Source: Eledone cirrhosa (lineage: Eukaryota). Taken from it: a DNA stretch of 64,000 nt. The stretch is taken from contig OZ024750.1 in NCBI GenBank assembly GCA_964016885.1, forward strand, positions 54,126,001-54,190,000, written 5' to 3'. Below, one piece after another: positions 38,897 to 62,097 of this stretch. Position 1 is the stretch's first letter. The number at the start of each line of letters is the position of its first letter. The notes below the pieces were generated by a model. It had not been told where the DNA came from. It ran no database searches and saw only the letters and a list, made by a program, of their open reading frames with translations. A program made the position numbers and the translations under genes.

Positions 38897-41703
38897 AGGC
38901 GCTGCCCGTGGTGGAAGTCTTCGTGAGGGGAAAGCCACAGCGAGCCCTCGTGAACACGGGCTGTACGACGACACTGGTGACCGCGGGGGTGGCGCAGAGG
39001 TGGAGAGGGAAGAGCAGCGTAAGGGCAGTCGACGGCAGGAAAATTGAATGCCGAGGTCGCAGCGAGATGGAAATAGCGGTACGGGGAAGGAAAATAAGGC
39101 TTTCTGCCATCGTAGTAGACAGCGTGGTGGATGGGATCGGCGTGGTTATGGGCATGGACGCAATTGGCCGTCTAGGAGGCGTCACAGTGAATAACGTCGG
39201 TGTGTCGTTTGGCACCGCTGCATCGGTATGCGCTGTGAGTGCGCGAGAGGAGAACCAGAAGGCCCACCAGGAGAAATACCCCGCTTACACTGTGCAGGAC
39301 AAAGACTTCAAGGCCGTGTTCGATGGGCAGCGATGGTTTGTTGAGTGGTACTGGAAGGGAGAACCACCAACACTGAAGACCAAAGTGGGCTGCTATCAAC
39401 ACACATTGAAGGGAAACATTAGGAGCGAGTTCGAGCGAGAGGTAGAGAGATGGATTGAGGAGGGCATACTGCTTCCCTGGAAAGAGGAGGTGAAGTGCGG
39501 AGTATTGCCGTCAATGGCGGTGGCGCAACCCACGAAGAACAAGGTGAGGCCGGTGCTGGACTTTCGGGAGCTGAACGAGCACGTCTCATGCCACACGGGT
39601 GGCGAGATCACGGATGTCTGTGGGGAAACCTGCGTGAGTAGTGACGCATGACGGGGGCTTCAGCAATCGTAGATCTAAAGTCGGCATACTTGCAATTGCA
39701 TATAGATGAGAAGCTCTGGCAGTATCAGCTGGTCAGGTATAAGGGCCGGACATATTGCCTGACCAGGCTCGGTTTCGGTCTGAGCTCCGCACCGAAGATC
39801 ATGGCGGCGGTCCTCAAGACCATTCTGGGAAAGGCCGACAAGATGAAGAGGACCACTAACTCCTATATTGACGACATCCTAGTGGACGAGTCTGTGGTGT
39901 CGGCGGCGGAGGTCACGAGCCATTTACAGGGGTATGGACTGGCTGTGAAGCCGTCAGAAGCGTTGGAGGGAGGAACCGCACTGGGACTTAGGCTACGGCG
40001 AGACAGGACGGACGTCTTGGTATTCCAGAGGGGAAATGAAGTTCCAGAACTGGGCCCAAGTATGAGTAGGCGGGAGCTTTTCTCGGTGTGTGGAAAAGTT
40101 GGTGGGTCGCTACCTGATTGCTGGGTGGCTCCGGACGGCATGCAGCTATGTCAAGAGACGAGCGGGGGGAGTGACTTGGAGTGACAGAGTGGGAGAGAGG
40201 ACGGTGGCCATGATGCAGGAGATCGTGGGGAGGCTGAAGGCCGACGACCCAGTGCGGGGACGCTGGTATGTTCCCAAATCACAGAGCGGGACCGTATGGT
40301 GCGATGCCAGCAGCATAGCGCTGGGTGTCACGTTGGAGATAGGAGGTGTTGAGGTCGAGGATGCAGCCTGGCTTAGGAAGAAGGACGACTGCAACCACAT
40401 CAATGTGGCCGAGTTGGACGCAGTGTTGAGAGGGGTGAACCTCGCCCTGAGGTGGGGACTGCACACCATCGAGATACGCACCGACTCGGCTACTGTACTC
40501 GGATGGGTGAGATCAGTGCTCACCAGTGAGAAAAGAGTGCGAACGAGAGGGGCGGCGGAGATGCTGATAAAGCGCCGCCTGGGAACTTTAGGAGAGCTGG
40601 CCACCGAGTTCGACCTGAGGCTGAGCGTAGTTTTCGTGGTCTCAGAGAAAAATAGGGTGGACATCTTAACTAGGGTGAAGAAAGCCTGGATGGAAGCGCC
40701 GGAGGAGGTAGAAGATGAGCTAGCTGCCGTGTGTCGGCTGACCGAGTCGGATCTGAAAGGGTTGCATCACATGCACCACATAGTCGTGGATAGGAGCCTG
40801 TTCCTAGCCAGGAGAATCGACTCGGACGTTAACAGACACAGTGTTCAAAGAGTGGTTAGAGGCTGTGTCCGATGTCAGTCCATTGATCCCGCCCCGGATG
40901 TACACGAAACGGGAAGCTTCCCGGTGGATCGCGACTGGAAGCGATTGGCAGTGGATGTAACGCACTACCGACAGGGAACGTACCTCTCGATGGTCGACTG
41001 TGGGCCAGGACGGATGGCGATATGGAGGGAGATGAAGACTGGAATGGCCGAGGAAATCATGCGGACGTTGAGAGAGGTGTTCTTGGAGCGGGGCCCTGTG
41101 GACGAACTGCTGATGGACAACAGCGCAGCGTTCCGCTCGGAGGCGCTGAGGGAGATGCTCGATGGATGGAAGGTGGACCGTTTCTTCAGAGCAGCGCACA
41201 GGCCGAGCGGGAATGGAATTGTGGAGCGACACCACCGGACAATCAAGGCAATGGCGGAGCGGGGCCATATCTCACCAATGGAGGCAGTGTTCTGGTACAA
41301 CATGTCCCCTCGGGTGGGACAGGTCGAGGAATCGGTGCCACACAGAGCAGTATTCAGATACGAGTGGCGGCACCCGTGCACGCCACCACAACGGCCAGTG
41401 GGGAGAGAGAGTGCATTCGTGCAGGTGGGCGAAGAAGTCTGGGTTAAGCCTCCAGATGCACGTTGCACATCTCAATGGGGAAGGGGAACAGTGACGGCCG
41501 TAAATTCCCAGAACAATTTGTCCGTTGACGGAGTACCACGTCATGTCCTGGATGTCCGTAGAATCACTGTGTTAACGGACTCCGAGGAAGAGGAAACCCA
41601 AAGTGCTGCCCCAACACTGCGGAGATCGCAAAGAAGTCGTAAACCACCAACCTGGACAGCAGACTTTCATATGCAGAAGGACGAGGGGGAAATTGATCCT
41701 TGA
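38850..41703 (+). pseudogene. Gypsy pol (protease, RT, RNase H, integrase) with frameshifts
   Basis: ALVNTGC (DTG mutated), VRPVLDFRELN, DLKSAY, YIDD, WCDASS/NVAELDA/RTDS, HHCC-like and AVD..MDN..GIVERHH; frame breaks near 39630 and 40090. Confidence 0.9.
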
Positions 41704-41716
41704 GATCAGGGGGGCG

Positions 41717-41929
41717 TGTGGGTATGGTGTGGCGTGCGGTGGCCCGAAGCCGGGGAGTGCTCGACCGGAAGGGTGCTTGGCCGGAAGTGGTGACCAGCAA
41801 CGGTGTGGACGCAAGTTTTGGCAGCTCCCGGTGTTAAGCAGCTGGGCGCACGTGGGAGAGGAGATACCAGCAGTGGAATTTAGCGGAGCCTATGAAAAGC
41901 GGTAAGTGAGATAGCTTTTTCTAACCACA
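41717..41929 (+). repeat. 3' LTR (213 bp)
   Basis: Follows the purine tract GAGATCAGGGGGGCG; ends CTAACCACA. Confidence 0.92.
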
Positions 41930-42150
41930 TAGGCCACCAACGTTGGCCACGGGTAGGGCATCGACCCAGTTTCCTGAGTATTTGGCGCTGGCAGATAGTA
42001 AGCGGCATCTTGCAAACTGATCTGACTGGACGAAGAAGGAGTCGAAGGTGGCCTTCGAACTTATGCTGTCCCAAGCTCTCTGACTTCGACTGTCCTCCAC
42101 CTTCTCAGGAAGAGACAAGCCCAACTCACTCCATTGCTGGAGAGCTTCAT
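41930..42150 (-). pseudogene. Upstream piece of the interrupted CRE-clade LINE
   Basis: RLLSASAKYSGNWVDALPVANVGG joins in frame to LLSLDELRVSIALRVG after removing the Gypsy element and one TSD. Confidence 0.85.
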
Positions 42151-42387
42151 TTTAAGTTCGAAGTAACTACAGTTTAATGCCCTCCCCCACCCCTGCCGAA
42201 TTTGCTTTCTCAATAACGCATGATCTTTTTAATGAAATTATACAGAGATGAGTTTTCTACAATGTAGCTTATGATCATATAAGATTTGAAAATACGGCCA
42301 CAATCTTAATTTACACCTTCGAAAATATAACTGCAAAATTTTATTTAAAAATATATATTATCAGAAAAGTTCGTAGCTTTTCGTAGG

Positions 42388-42770
42388 TTTCTAATTTGGC
42401 ATAAAGCCCGCATTTTATTTATTTTTATTTTGCGAGGGAGGGAAAAATCGACTCCGATACTTGACTGGTACTTTATTTTATCAACTCCAGAAGGAAGGCA
42501 AAATTCACCCGGGCGGGATTTGATCTGAGAATGTAAAGAGTCGTAAAGTCCTAGCTAATAACAATTTCTAATTTAGACACAAGGTCAACAATTTTGGAAG
42601 ATTAAATGTCGATTAAATTGACTCCAGTACTCCACTGGTGTTTTATTTTATCGATCCCAGAAGGAGGAAAGTCCAAGTTGACCTCGGCAGAATGTAAAGA
42701 GCCTGAACGAATTATCGCAAAGCGTGTTCTCCGAATCTTTAACGATTCTGCCAACCCATCGTCCTTTAAT
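42388..42770 (-). mobile_element. Two tandem degenerate Meta-like SINEs
   Basis: CTGGTACTTTATTTTATC..C.CCAGAAGG at ~42465 and a related motif at ~42635. Confidence 0.6.
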
Positions 42771-43130
42771 ACAATAATCTCGGCTTACAAATAATAGTAG
42801 GTGGCTAGAATAAACGGGGGAGTTGGAAAATTGGTAATTTTTCAAGGTTGTCTCCGTTGATTTAAAAAAAAACCAGAATTAATCGTTTAGTTTAGATATT
42901 GAGACCCCCAACCCATCGTATTTATTTTATAACGTATGTGATTTCTAGTAATGTACTTTTTATGTCTAAAAAAATAAATATAAAATTTCTCCGGAGATAA
43001 ATTAACAAAATTTAATAAGCTTGAGTACTTCTTTATTTAGGTAAATTTCAGAGAAAAGCAGGTATACCATAACCTCACACCTCTATTATCTGGCTTCCTT
43101 CTTACGTATTTGCGACGTAAAACAACACAG

Positions 43131-43297
43131 GTAGTAGTAGTAGTGATGGGGTAGTGATAGTAGTAGTAGTAGTGATGGGGTAGTGATAGTAGTAGTAGTA
43201 GTGATGGTGGTAGTGATAATAGTAGTAGTAGTAGTGATAGTAGTAGTAGTAGTGATGATAGTAGTAATAGTAGTAGTAGTAGTAGTGATAGTAGTAA

Positions 43298-43332
<35 letters not shown>

Positions 43333-43950
43333 ATGATAGTAGTAATAGTAGTAGTAGTAGTAGTAGTGATGATAGTAGTAATAGTAGTGATGATAGTAGT
43401 AGTGATGGTGGTAGTGATAGTAGTAGTAATAGTAGTAGTGATGATAGTAGTAGTGATGGTGGTAGTGATAGTAGTAGTGATGATAGTAGTAATAGTAGTA
43501 GTAGTAGTGATGATAGTAGTAGTGATGGTGGTAGTGATAGTAGTAGTAATAGTAGTAGTAGTAGTGATGATAGTAGTAGTGATGGTGGTAGTGATAGTAG
43601 TAGTAGTAGTAGTGATGGTGGTAGTGATAGTAGTAGTGATGATAGTAGTAATAGTAGTAGTAGTAGTGATGGTGGTAGTGATAGTAGTAGTAGTAGTAGT
43701 GATAGTAGTAGTAGTGATGATAGTAGTTATAGTGGTAGTGATGATAGTAGTAATAGTAGTAGTAGTAGTGATGGTGGTAGTGATAGTAGTAGTAGTGGTG
43801 GTAGTAGTAATAGTAGTAGTGATGATAGTAGTAATAGTAGTAGTAGTAGTGATAGTAGTAGTAGTGGTAGTAGTAATGGTGGTGGTAGTTGTGATGGGGG
43901 TAGTGATAGTGGTGGTGGTGGGGGTAGTGATAGTGGCGGTGGTGGTGATG
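43131..43950. repeat. (GTA/GTG/ATG/ATA)n trinucleotide repeat
   Basis: ~820 bp of GTAGTAGTGATG-type units; probably the expanded tail of the adjacent minus-strand SINE. Confidence 0.92.
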
Positions 43951-43969
43951 AACTGCGGTAACAGCAGTG

Positions 43970-44472
43970 TGTTGGGTCTCCGTCGCTTCCGACGATGTAT
44001 GCTCCAGTTATTTTCATCAATGGAACAGCCTGCTCGTGAAATTAATTATCGTGGGAGTGACTGACACGTGTACCTCAAACGTAGTTCTCAGGGAGATTCA
44101 GAGAGACAGTGAGTGAGAAAGCTGGCCCTTTGAATTACATGTACAGTCCATCTGTAAATTGCGCAGTTCTCAGGGAGATTCAGAGGGACAAGGATGACCA
44201 TTTCTCTATCGTTTCTGACGATGAGTGTTCTAGTTTGATGAAATTCACCTGCAAATGGCCGGGCTCTCCATAGTTACATGTATCCTTAATGCAGTTTTCA
44301 GGGAGAGTCGGAGTGACGCAAAGTGTGCAACAAGACTGTACTTTAAATTATAGGTACAACTCATTCTTTTCTAAACGAATAAACAAAAACAACATAAAAT
44401 ACAATAACTTACGTAAGGACTTAACGCGTCGTCGAGAATTGAACTGACGACCACTCTAACCACTAAGCCATC
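43970..44472 (-). mobile_element. SINE(s), same family as 1-307, with internal partial duplications
   Basis: GGAACAGCCTGCTCGTGAAATTAA; GTTCTCAGGGAG-like motif at ~44084, ~44167, ~44295; CTAACCACTAAGCCA head. Confidence 0.65.
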
Positions 44473-45329
44473 TGTTTTCACAGCAATACCAGCAGCTGTA
44501 ATAACAGCAGCAGCAATAGTAGCAACACACAATAGTAGTCATTTATTATTAATGAACGGCAATTCCTGCTTCAGAGCTTCATATTTCATGTCAATATTTC
44601 TTTATTTATCCTCATCGCTATCATCATAGTAGTGATAGCTTATGAAGTGCTGCTTTACATTTCAATAGCAGAAGCTAGAGCAGCAGTGGTGTATATAAAG
44701 AGAGCAACTACACAGACATGATGAATAGCAGCTCCACGGAATTAACATTTCTCACCTTTCTGTTTGCTGTATAAACACCAACTTTGATATACATACATAC
44801 ACATATATATATTTCCCATTCACACTATTTATCTAATTAATTAACTATCAATTTATTGAAAATAATTTGAAATTTACCTTCGTACTTTCTCTGACTGGGA
44901 CCGCTTTTATAGGATATTCTACCAACATTTGTATTTTGTGTGCATACATACCATATATATATATATATATATTGGCTTCTTGCTACAATACTTTCTATAC
45001 CTTTCATTTATATATATATAAAAGACTGGACATCTAAAATATTGTTACATTCTAAATATTAATTAAACGGTAAGTATGACTCCCATTTAACCGTTTTCAG
45101 TATTTTGTTTGTTAATAACTGCCATATTTGTGGGAAGTGGGAGTCGAGTTACACATGGGTATGTGTGTACCTCACTATATGTTAGTGGCTGTGGTGCGCT
45201 ACATTACTATGTCTGTGTACCACTGTGTGGCTGGGTTGCGCTACATTACTATGTGTACCACTGTGTGGCTGTGTCCAATCTCCGTGTGTGGGACATATAC
45301 TACATGATGCACGAAGTCTCTCTCTCTAT

Positions 45330-45348
45330 ATATATGTAGATGTGTGAG

Positions 45349-45379
<31 letters not shown>

Positions 45380-45630
45380 TATATGTATATATATATATGT
45401 ATATATGTATATGTATATATGTATATATATATATGTATATATATATGTATATATATATGTATATATATATATGTATATATATATGTATATGTATATATAT
45501 ATGTATATATATATGTATATATATATGTATATGTATATATGTATATGTATATATGTATATATATATATGTATATATATATGTATATATATATATGTGTAT
45601 GTATATATATATATGTGTATGTATATATAT
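45330..45630. repeat. (TA)n/(TATG)n microsatellite
   Basis: Direct reading. Confidence 0.95.
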
Positions 45631-46237
45631 GGTGCTACTGGTAACATGTATCCCAGTACAACCTGTCTCATGGTCGGGTCGTTGGCGACTTAACTGGCAA
45701 CCCCACCAAGGTTTCTTGGTGAGGAGGGTGACTTTGGACATCCTGCAGGACTAAAAACAAAACCTGTCAAAGGGCAAAGGAGCTCTTAAAAGTCAATGGC
45801 CATCCAAAATCACCGGGAGAGATGACCCCTTAGCCTTTGTCAAGGCAGAATTCTAGGAGAAGGAAAACTCTGATATAACACCTGCAACCCTGATGGTATC
45901 CAATGATGTTGACTTGTTCTTCTTTTTGGTAAATATCATCTTGGTTAAGAAAGTGGGACTGGCTTTGTGCAGTGCCTTTGCTCACTATAAAAGCTTCACG
46001 GCACAGGCATTGCTTTGTATCTGGAGATCTCTCTGCACTTGTCCTCACATGGTACCATGGGCCCAGCACTATGTGTCAATAACTATGTGTCAATAATTGT
46101 CACAGGTGTAGTGTTTGTACCAGAGTTTTCAAGTCGCTGGCTGGACTAAAAAGTCACACTCGTTCAGCGCATCGGTAGGGGTTCTCCTACATGGATATAA
46201 AGTAGTGGCCGTACTCGAAAACGAGTTGGCAGCCACC
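45631..46237 (+). mobile_element. Non-autonomous RTE-derived element (5' UTR-like part fused to 3' end), copy 1
   Basis: CTAGGAGAAGGAAAACTCTG resembles an RTE 5' motif; 46107-46178 encodes [23 protein letters not shown] (C2H2); 3' hairpin CTCG-AAAA-CGAG followed by a microsatellite tail. Confidence 0.7.
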
Positions 46238-46410
46238 ATATGTATGTATATGTATATGTGTATGTATGTGTATGTATATATATGTATATGTGTATGTATA
46301 TGTATGTGTATGTATGTATATATGTGTGTATATGTATGTATGTATATGTATATGTATATGTATGTATGTATGTATGTGTATATGTATGTATGTATATATA
46401 TATGTATATG

Positions 46411-46441
<31 letters not shown>

Positions 46442-46552
46442 GTATATGTATGTATATGTATATGTATGTATGTGTATGTGTATGTATGTGTATATGTATG
46501 TATGTATGTGTGTATATATGTATGTATGTATATGTATGTGTATGTATGTATG

Positions 46553-46583
<31 letters not shown>

Positions 46584-46644
46584 ATATGTATGTATGTGTA
46601 TATGTATGTATGTGTATATGTATGTATATGTATATATATATGCT
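46238..46644. repeat. (TATG)n-rich microsatellite
   Basis: Direct reading. Confidence 0.95.
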
Positions 46645-46906
46645 GCTTTGTGCAGTGCCTTTGCTCACTATAAAAGCTTCACAGCACAGGCATTGCTTTA
46701 TATCTGGAGATCTCTCTGCACTGGTCGTCACATGGTACCATGGGCCCAGCACTATGTGTCAATAATTGTCACAAGTGTAGTGTTTGTACCAGAGTTTTCA
46801 AGTCGCTGGCTGGACTAAAAAGTCACATTCGTTCAGCGCATTGGTAGGGGTTCTCCTACATGGATATAAAGTAGTGGCCGTACTCGAAAACGAGTTGGCA
46901 GCCACC
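46645..46906 (+). mobile_element. Same element, copy 2 (5'-truncated)
   Basis: Near-identical to ~45962-46237. Confidence 0.8.
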
Positions 46907-57037
<10,131 letters not shown>

Positions 57038-57547
57038 ATGGTCGGGTCGTTGGCGACTAAACTGGCAACCCCACCAAGGTTTCTTGGTGAGGAGGGTGAC
57101 TTTGGACATCCTGCAGGACTAAAAACAAAACCTGTCAAAGGGCAAAGGAGCTCTTAAGAGTCAATGTCCATCCAGAATCACCGGGAGAGATGACCCCTTA
57201 GCCTTTGTCAAGGCAGAATTCTAGGAGAAGGAAAACTCTGATATAACACCTGCAACCCTGATGATATCCAATGATGTTGACTTGTTGTTCTTTTTGGTAA
57301 ATATCGTCTTGGTTAAGAGAGTGGGACTGGCTTTGTGCAGTGCCTTTGCTCACTATAAAAGCTTCACGGCACAGGCATTGCTTTATATCTGGAGATCTCT
57401 CTGTACTTGTCGTCACATGGTACCATGGGCCCAGCACTATGTGTCAATAATTGTCACAAGTGTAGTGTTTGTACCAGAGTTTTCAAGTCGCTGGCTGGAC
57501 TAAAAAGCCACACTCGTTCAGCGCATCGGTAGGGGTTCTCCTACATG
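57038..57547 (+). mobile_element. Same element, copy 3 (trimmed at both ends)
   Basis: Near-identical to ~45670-46193. Confidence 0.8.
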
Positions 57548-58068
57548 TGTATATATATATGTATGTGTATATATGTATGTGTATATATGTATGTGTATAT
57601 ATGTATATGTATGTATGTATGTGTATGTATGTGTATGTATGTATATGTATGTATATATATGTATGTATATGTGTGTATGTATGTATATGTGTGTATGTAA
57701 GTATATATATGTGTAAGTATATGTATGTATGTATATATATATGTGTAAGTATATGTATGTATGTATATATATATGTGTATGTATGTATGTATATATATAT
57801 ATATGTGTATGTATATGTATGTATGTATATATATATATATGTGTATGTATATGTATGTATGTATATATATATATATGTGTATGTATATGTATGTATGTAT
57901 ATATATATGTGTATGTATATCTATGTATGTATATATATATGTGTATGTATATGTATGTATGTATGTATGTATATATGTGTATGTATATGTATGTATATAT
58001 GTGTATGTATATGTATGTATATATGTGTATGTATATGTATGTATATATATATGTGTATGTATGTATAT
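57548..58068. repeat. (TATG/TA)n microsatellite
   Basis: Direct reading. Confidence 0.95.
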
Positions 58069-59358
58069 GTAAGCCACTATACTTAGCCTTTGTTGACCTA
58101 GAGAAGGCCTTTGATAGGGTACCCCGATCTGTCATCTGGTGGTCCCTAAGGAAGCTAGGTGTTGAGGAATGGATTGTGAGGACAGTGCAAACTTTGTACA
58201 GAGGTACTCTCAGTAAAGTCAGGGTAGGAATGGAGTTTAGTGAGGAATTCCAGATACAAGTAGGAGTACATCAGGGTTCGGTCCTCAGCCCGCTCTTGTT
58301 CATTATAGTCCTCCAAGCCATAACAGAGGAGTTTAAGACTGGCTGTCCATGGGAACTTCTCTACGCTGATGATCTGGTTCTTATAGCAGAATCAGTAGAG
58401 GAGCTAGAGAATAAATTCTGGCTATGGAAACAGCAGTTGGAAGCAAGAGGACTGAGAGTGAATCTAGCTAAGACAAAAGTGTTGATGAGTAGAAAAGAGG
58501 ACAAAACCCTGATTCCGTCAGGGAAATGGCCATGTTCGATATGCAGAAAAGGAACTGGCATAAATTCTATAAAATGCACACAATGCAGATCCTGGGTACA
58601 CAAAAGATGTAGCGGTATAGCAGGCAAACTAACAGGTAGGGAGAAATATGTATGCAGTAGATGTACAGGGAAATTAGACAGTAGAAGTCGCACTGATAGA
58701 CACATTTTTCAAATGCAAGAGGGCGCTATAGAAGTGGTGGATAGCTTCCGGTACCTAGGAGATCAGATTAGCATGGGAGGAGGGTGTTCCGAGGCCATAG
58801 TATCTAGAATAAGGACGGGTTGGAAGAAGTTTAGGGAGCTGCTTCCTCTGTTGACGAAGAAGGGTTTCTCCCTGCGTACGAAAGGCCGGTTCTATGATGC
58901 CTGTGTGAGGAGCGCGATGCTGCATGGTAGTGAGACATGGGCAGCAACTGCAGAGGATATGCGACGGCTGGAGAGAAATGAGGCAAGCATGCTCCGTTGG
59001 ATGTGCAGTGTAAATGTGCGTGAACGACCCAGCATAAATGTGTTGAGAGAGAAACTGTGTCTGAGAGGGATAGAATGTAGTGTACAGGAGAGGAGACTGA
59101 GGTGGTATGGACATGTGATGCGGATGGAGGATGACCGATGGGTGAAGAAGTGCCAGGAATTGCCAGTTGAAGGAAGACGTGGTAGAGGTAGACCACGAAA
59201 AACATGGGCGGAGGTGGTGAGAACAGACCTGAGATCATTGAAGCTCACGGTGGAGATGACGAGGGACCGTGACAAGTGGAGAGATGCTGTGCTGAATAAG
59301 ACCCGTCCCACCCTTGCAAGCAGGGAAAAGCGGACGTAAAATGATGATGATGATGATG
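58069..59358 (+). mobile_element. RTE-clade LINE, 5'-truncated, open frame to native stop, (ATG)n tail
   Basis: [65 protein letters not shown]; stop at 59337-59339. Confidence 0.95.
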
Positions 59359-59471
59359 TATATATATATATGTGTATGTATGTATGTATGTATATGTATG
59401 TATGTATGTATATCTATATGTGTGTATGTATGTATATGTATGTATGTATATATATATATGTATGTATATGT

Positions 59472-59505
<34 letters not shown>
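59359..59505. repeat. (TATG/TA)n microsatellite
   Basis: Direct reading. Confidence 0.9.
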
Positions 59506-59506
<1 letters not shown>

Positions 59507-61530
59507 GGAATAGTGGGTATTCCTGAAAGCTAACCTGCTGATGGCGGCAGACGAAGTCTGTGGCTGGAGCAGGCCTATAGGCAGGAGGAGAGTAACATGG
59601 TGGTGGCACAGTAAGTTGGAGGAGTCAATTAAGGCCAAAAAGCAGGCCTGGAAAGTATGGCGGGATGGGGGAAGTAGAGAAGACTATCGAGTGGCCAGGA
59701 GGGAAGCTAGGAGACAAGTGTACTTCGCAAGAAGGGAAGCAGAGGAAAGAAAGTTCAAGCATGTTCTACAACGCGAGGACCAAAAACGTGAGTTGTTCAG
59801 GATTGCTAGGCAATGTGTCAAGGAAAACCGTGATGTTGTCGGGGAGAAGTGTGTACTTAATGATGATGGTGTACTTGCCATCACTGACGCTGATAAGAAG
59901 GTAGCTTGGAAGTGTCACTACGAAAGGCTACTAAATGAGGAGAATAAATGGGAGAAAGACAGTCTCCCCCACATCGACCCAATAGAGGGACCAGCAATGT
60001 TAGTCGAAAGTAGTATAATAAGTAAGGCAATCAAAGACATGAAGACGGGTAAGGCGGCTGGGCTTTCGGAAATAATTGCTGAAATGCTGAAAGCTTCTGG
60101 AACGGTGGGACACACCATGGTCACCCGGATAGTAAACCAAGTCGTACAGAATGGGGTTGTTCCGTAGGACTGGCGTAACAGCATCATCATTAACTGCTAC
60201 AAGGGTAAAGGAGATGCCCTAGATAGGAGTAACTATAGAGGCATTACATTAATCGACCAGGTCATGAAGGTCACAGAAAAAGTAATAGCGCAACTAATCA
60301 GAGAGAGAATTGATCTAGATGAAATGCAGTTCGGGTTTGTGTCAGGTAAAAGTACCACAGATGCTCTTTTCATTGTATGACAACTACAGGAGAAGTACCT
60401 AGCTAAAAGTAAACCCCTATACTTAGCTTTTGTCGACTTGGAGAAAGCCTTCGACAGAGTCCCCCGTTCCATTATCTGGTGGGCTCTTAGAAAACTTGAT
60501 GAATGGCTTGTGAGAGCTATACAAGCCATGTATAAAGAAACGGTCAGCAAGGTTAGAATTAACAACGAATATAGTGAGGAGTTTAGCGTAAAAGTTGGTG
60601 TTCATCAGGGCTCCGTTCTTAGCCCCCTACTATTTATTATTGCCCTTCAGGCTATAACAGTAGAGTTCAAGACCGGCTGCCCATGGGAACTCCTATACGC
60701 AGATGATCTAACGCTCATAGCTGAATCAATCGCCGAACTAGAGAAGAAATTCCAAACATGGAAGCATGGCCTAGAATCAAAAGGCCTTAAAATTAACCTG
60801 TCTAAGACTAAAGTTCTAGTTTGTAGAAAGGAAAATAGGGCGCCGGTCCCATCCGGGAAATGGCCATGCTCAGTGTGTAGGAAAGGAGTAGGTAGAAACT
60901 CCATTTTATGTCCCAAATGCAAAGTATGGGTGCATAAAAGATGTAGTGGGATCACAGGTAAGCTAACTAAGAACATAGATTTTATATGTGGCCGGTGCTC
61001 TGGTGCAATAAGTAGTAGCAAGTGCCCACAGAATACTAGCTCATTCCATTGCACAGATGGTTCTATAGAAATAGTGGACAGCTTCCGTTACCTGGGTGAC
61101 AAAATCAGCAGTGGGGGAGGGTGATCTGAAAGTACAGTAGCTAGAGTCAGAACTGGATGGAAAAAGTTCAGAGAGCTTATACCACTATTAGCCGCTAAAG
61201 GGTTCTCCCTAAAAATGAAAGGCGGGCGGTATGATGCCTGCATACGAACAGCAATGTTGCATGGCAGTGAGACCTGGGCATTGTGTGCAGAGGATATACG
61301 CAGACTGGAGAGGAACGAAGCTTGCATGCTCCGCTGGATGTGTAATAGTAATATACACGAACGGCAAAACATAAATGAACTAAGTGAGAAATTAGGAATA
61401 AGAGGGATCAGATGCTGTTTTCTTGAAAGAAGACTACGTTGGTATGAAAGATGACAGCTGTATAAAAATGTGCAGGGCGATCAAAATTGATGAAGTTAGG
61501 TAGACTCAGAAAAACCTGGGACGACATGAT
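59506..61530 (+). mobile_element. Second RTE-clade LINE (related subfamily), disrupted
   Basis: TWWW, MKTGKAAG, YKGKGD...[30 protein letters not shown]; several stops. Confidence 0.93.
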
Positions 61531-61534
61531 AAAC

Positions 61535-62000
61535 ATTATTTTTTGTAATACAGTATATCAAATCCAAATTACATTATTAAATCTTATTCTTATTTTGTTT
61601 CTTGTAAATAATTTTTTCCAAAATATCAATTCAAAAATTTTGTGAATAGGCATCATATCTTGTCAATTACCTATGGTTTAAATTTCATATAAATCGAAGG
61701 GAAAACATTTTCAGCAGGGGATTGTGCCCCCAGGGAAATGGGGGTTAAACCCCCATTAGGGTGTCTTAATAATATTGAAATTTTGTGAATAGGCATCATA
61801 TCTTGTCATTTACCTATGGTTTAAATTTCATATAAAAGGAAGGAAACAATTTCAGCGGGGTTTTGTGCCCCCGGGGAACCCTTTGATTAAAATGAAATAT
61901 AATTATCCAAGTACTATGAGCAATGTAGTTTCAGAATATATATAGTTATGGGGGTCTATCTCCAAAACCATAGGAGTTCGTGAACAAACAGACAGGAACT
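61535..62000. repeat. Unclassified interspersed repeat with internal ~100-bp direct duplication
   Basis: AATTTTGTGAATAGGCATCATATCTTGTCA.TTACCTATGGTTTAAATTTCATATAAA at ~61636 and ~61779. Confidence 0.55.
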
Positions 62001-62097
62001 ACAACCATCCGAGCTGAAGATCCGCATAAGGTGAAACAATTGTTCTTGGTATGGTGAACTAACTGTTGTGTTACTACTTATATATATATATATATAT

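Larger units (their letters stand above)
37787..41929 (+). mobile_element. Full-length decayed Gypsy/Ty3 LTR retrotransposon (4.1 kb)
   Basis: TG...CA LTRs, TAGGC TSD (37782-37786 and 41930-41934), PPT 41702-41716, domain order gag-PR-RT-RH-IN. Confidence 0.95.

Noticed and set aside
43183-44064. 293-aa poly-Val ORF
   Set aside because: (GTA)n trinucleotide repeat running into a SINE.
46107-46178. Host C2H2 zinc-finger gene
   Set aside because: A single finger inside a repeated element, ending at a LINE-like 3' hairpin and tail.
57729-58068. N-terminal extension of the 536-aa RTE ORF
   Set aside because: It is microsatellite fused in frame to a 5'-truncated RT, not a real N-terminus.
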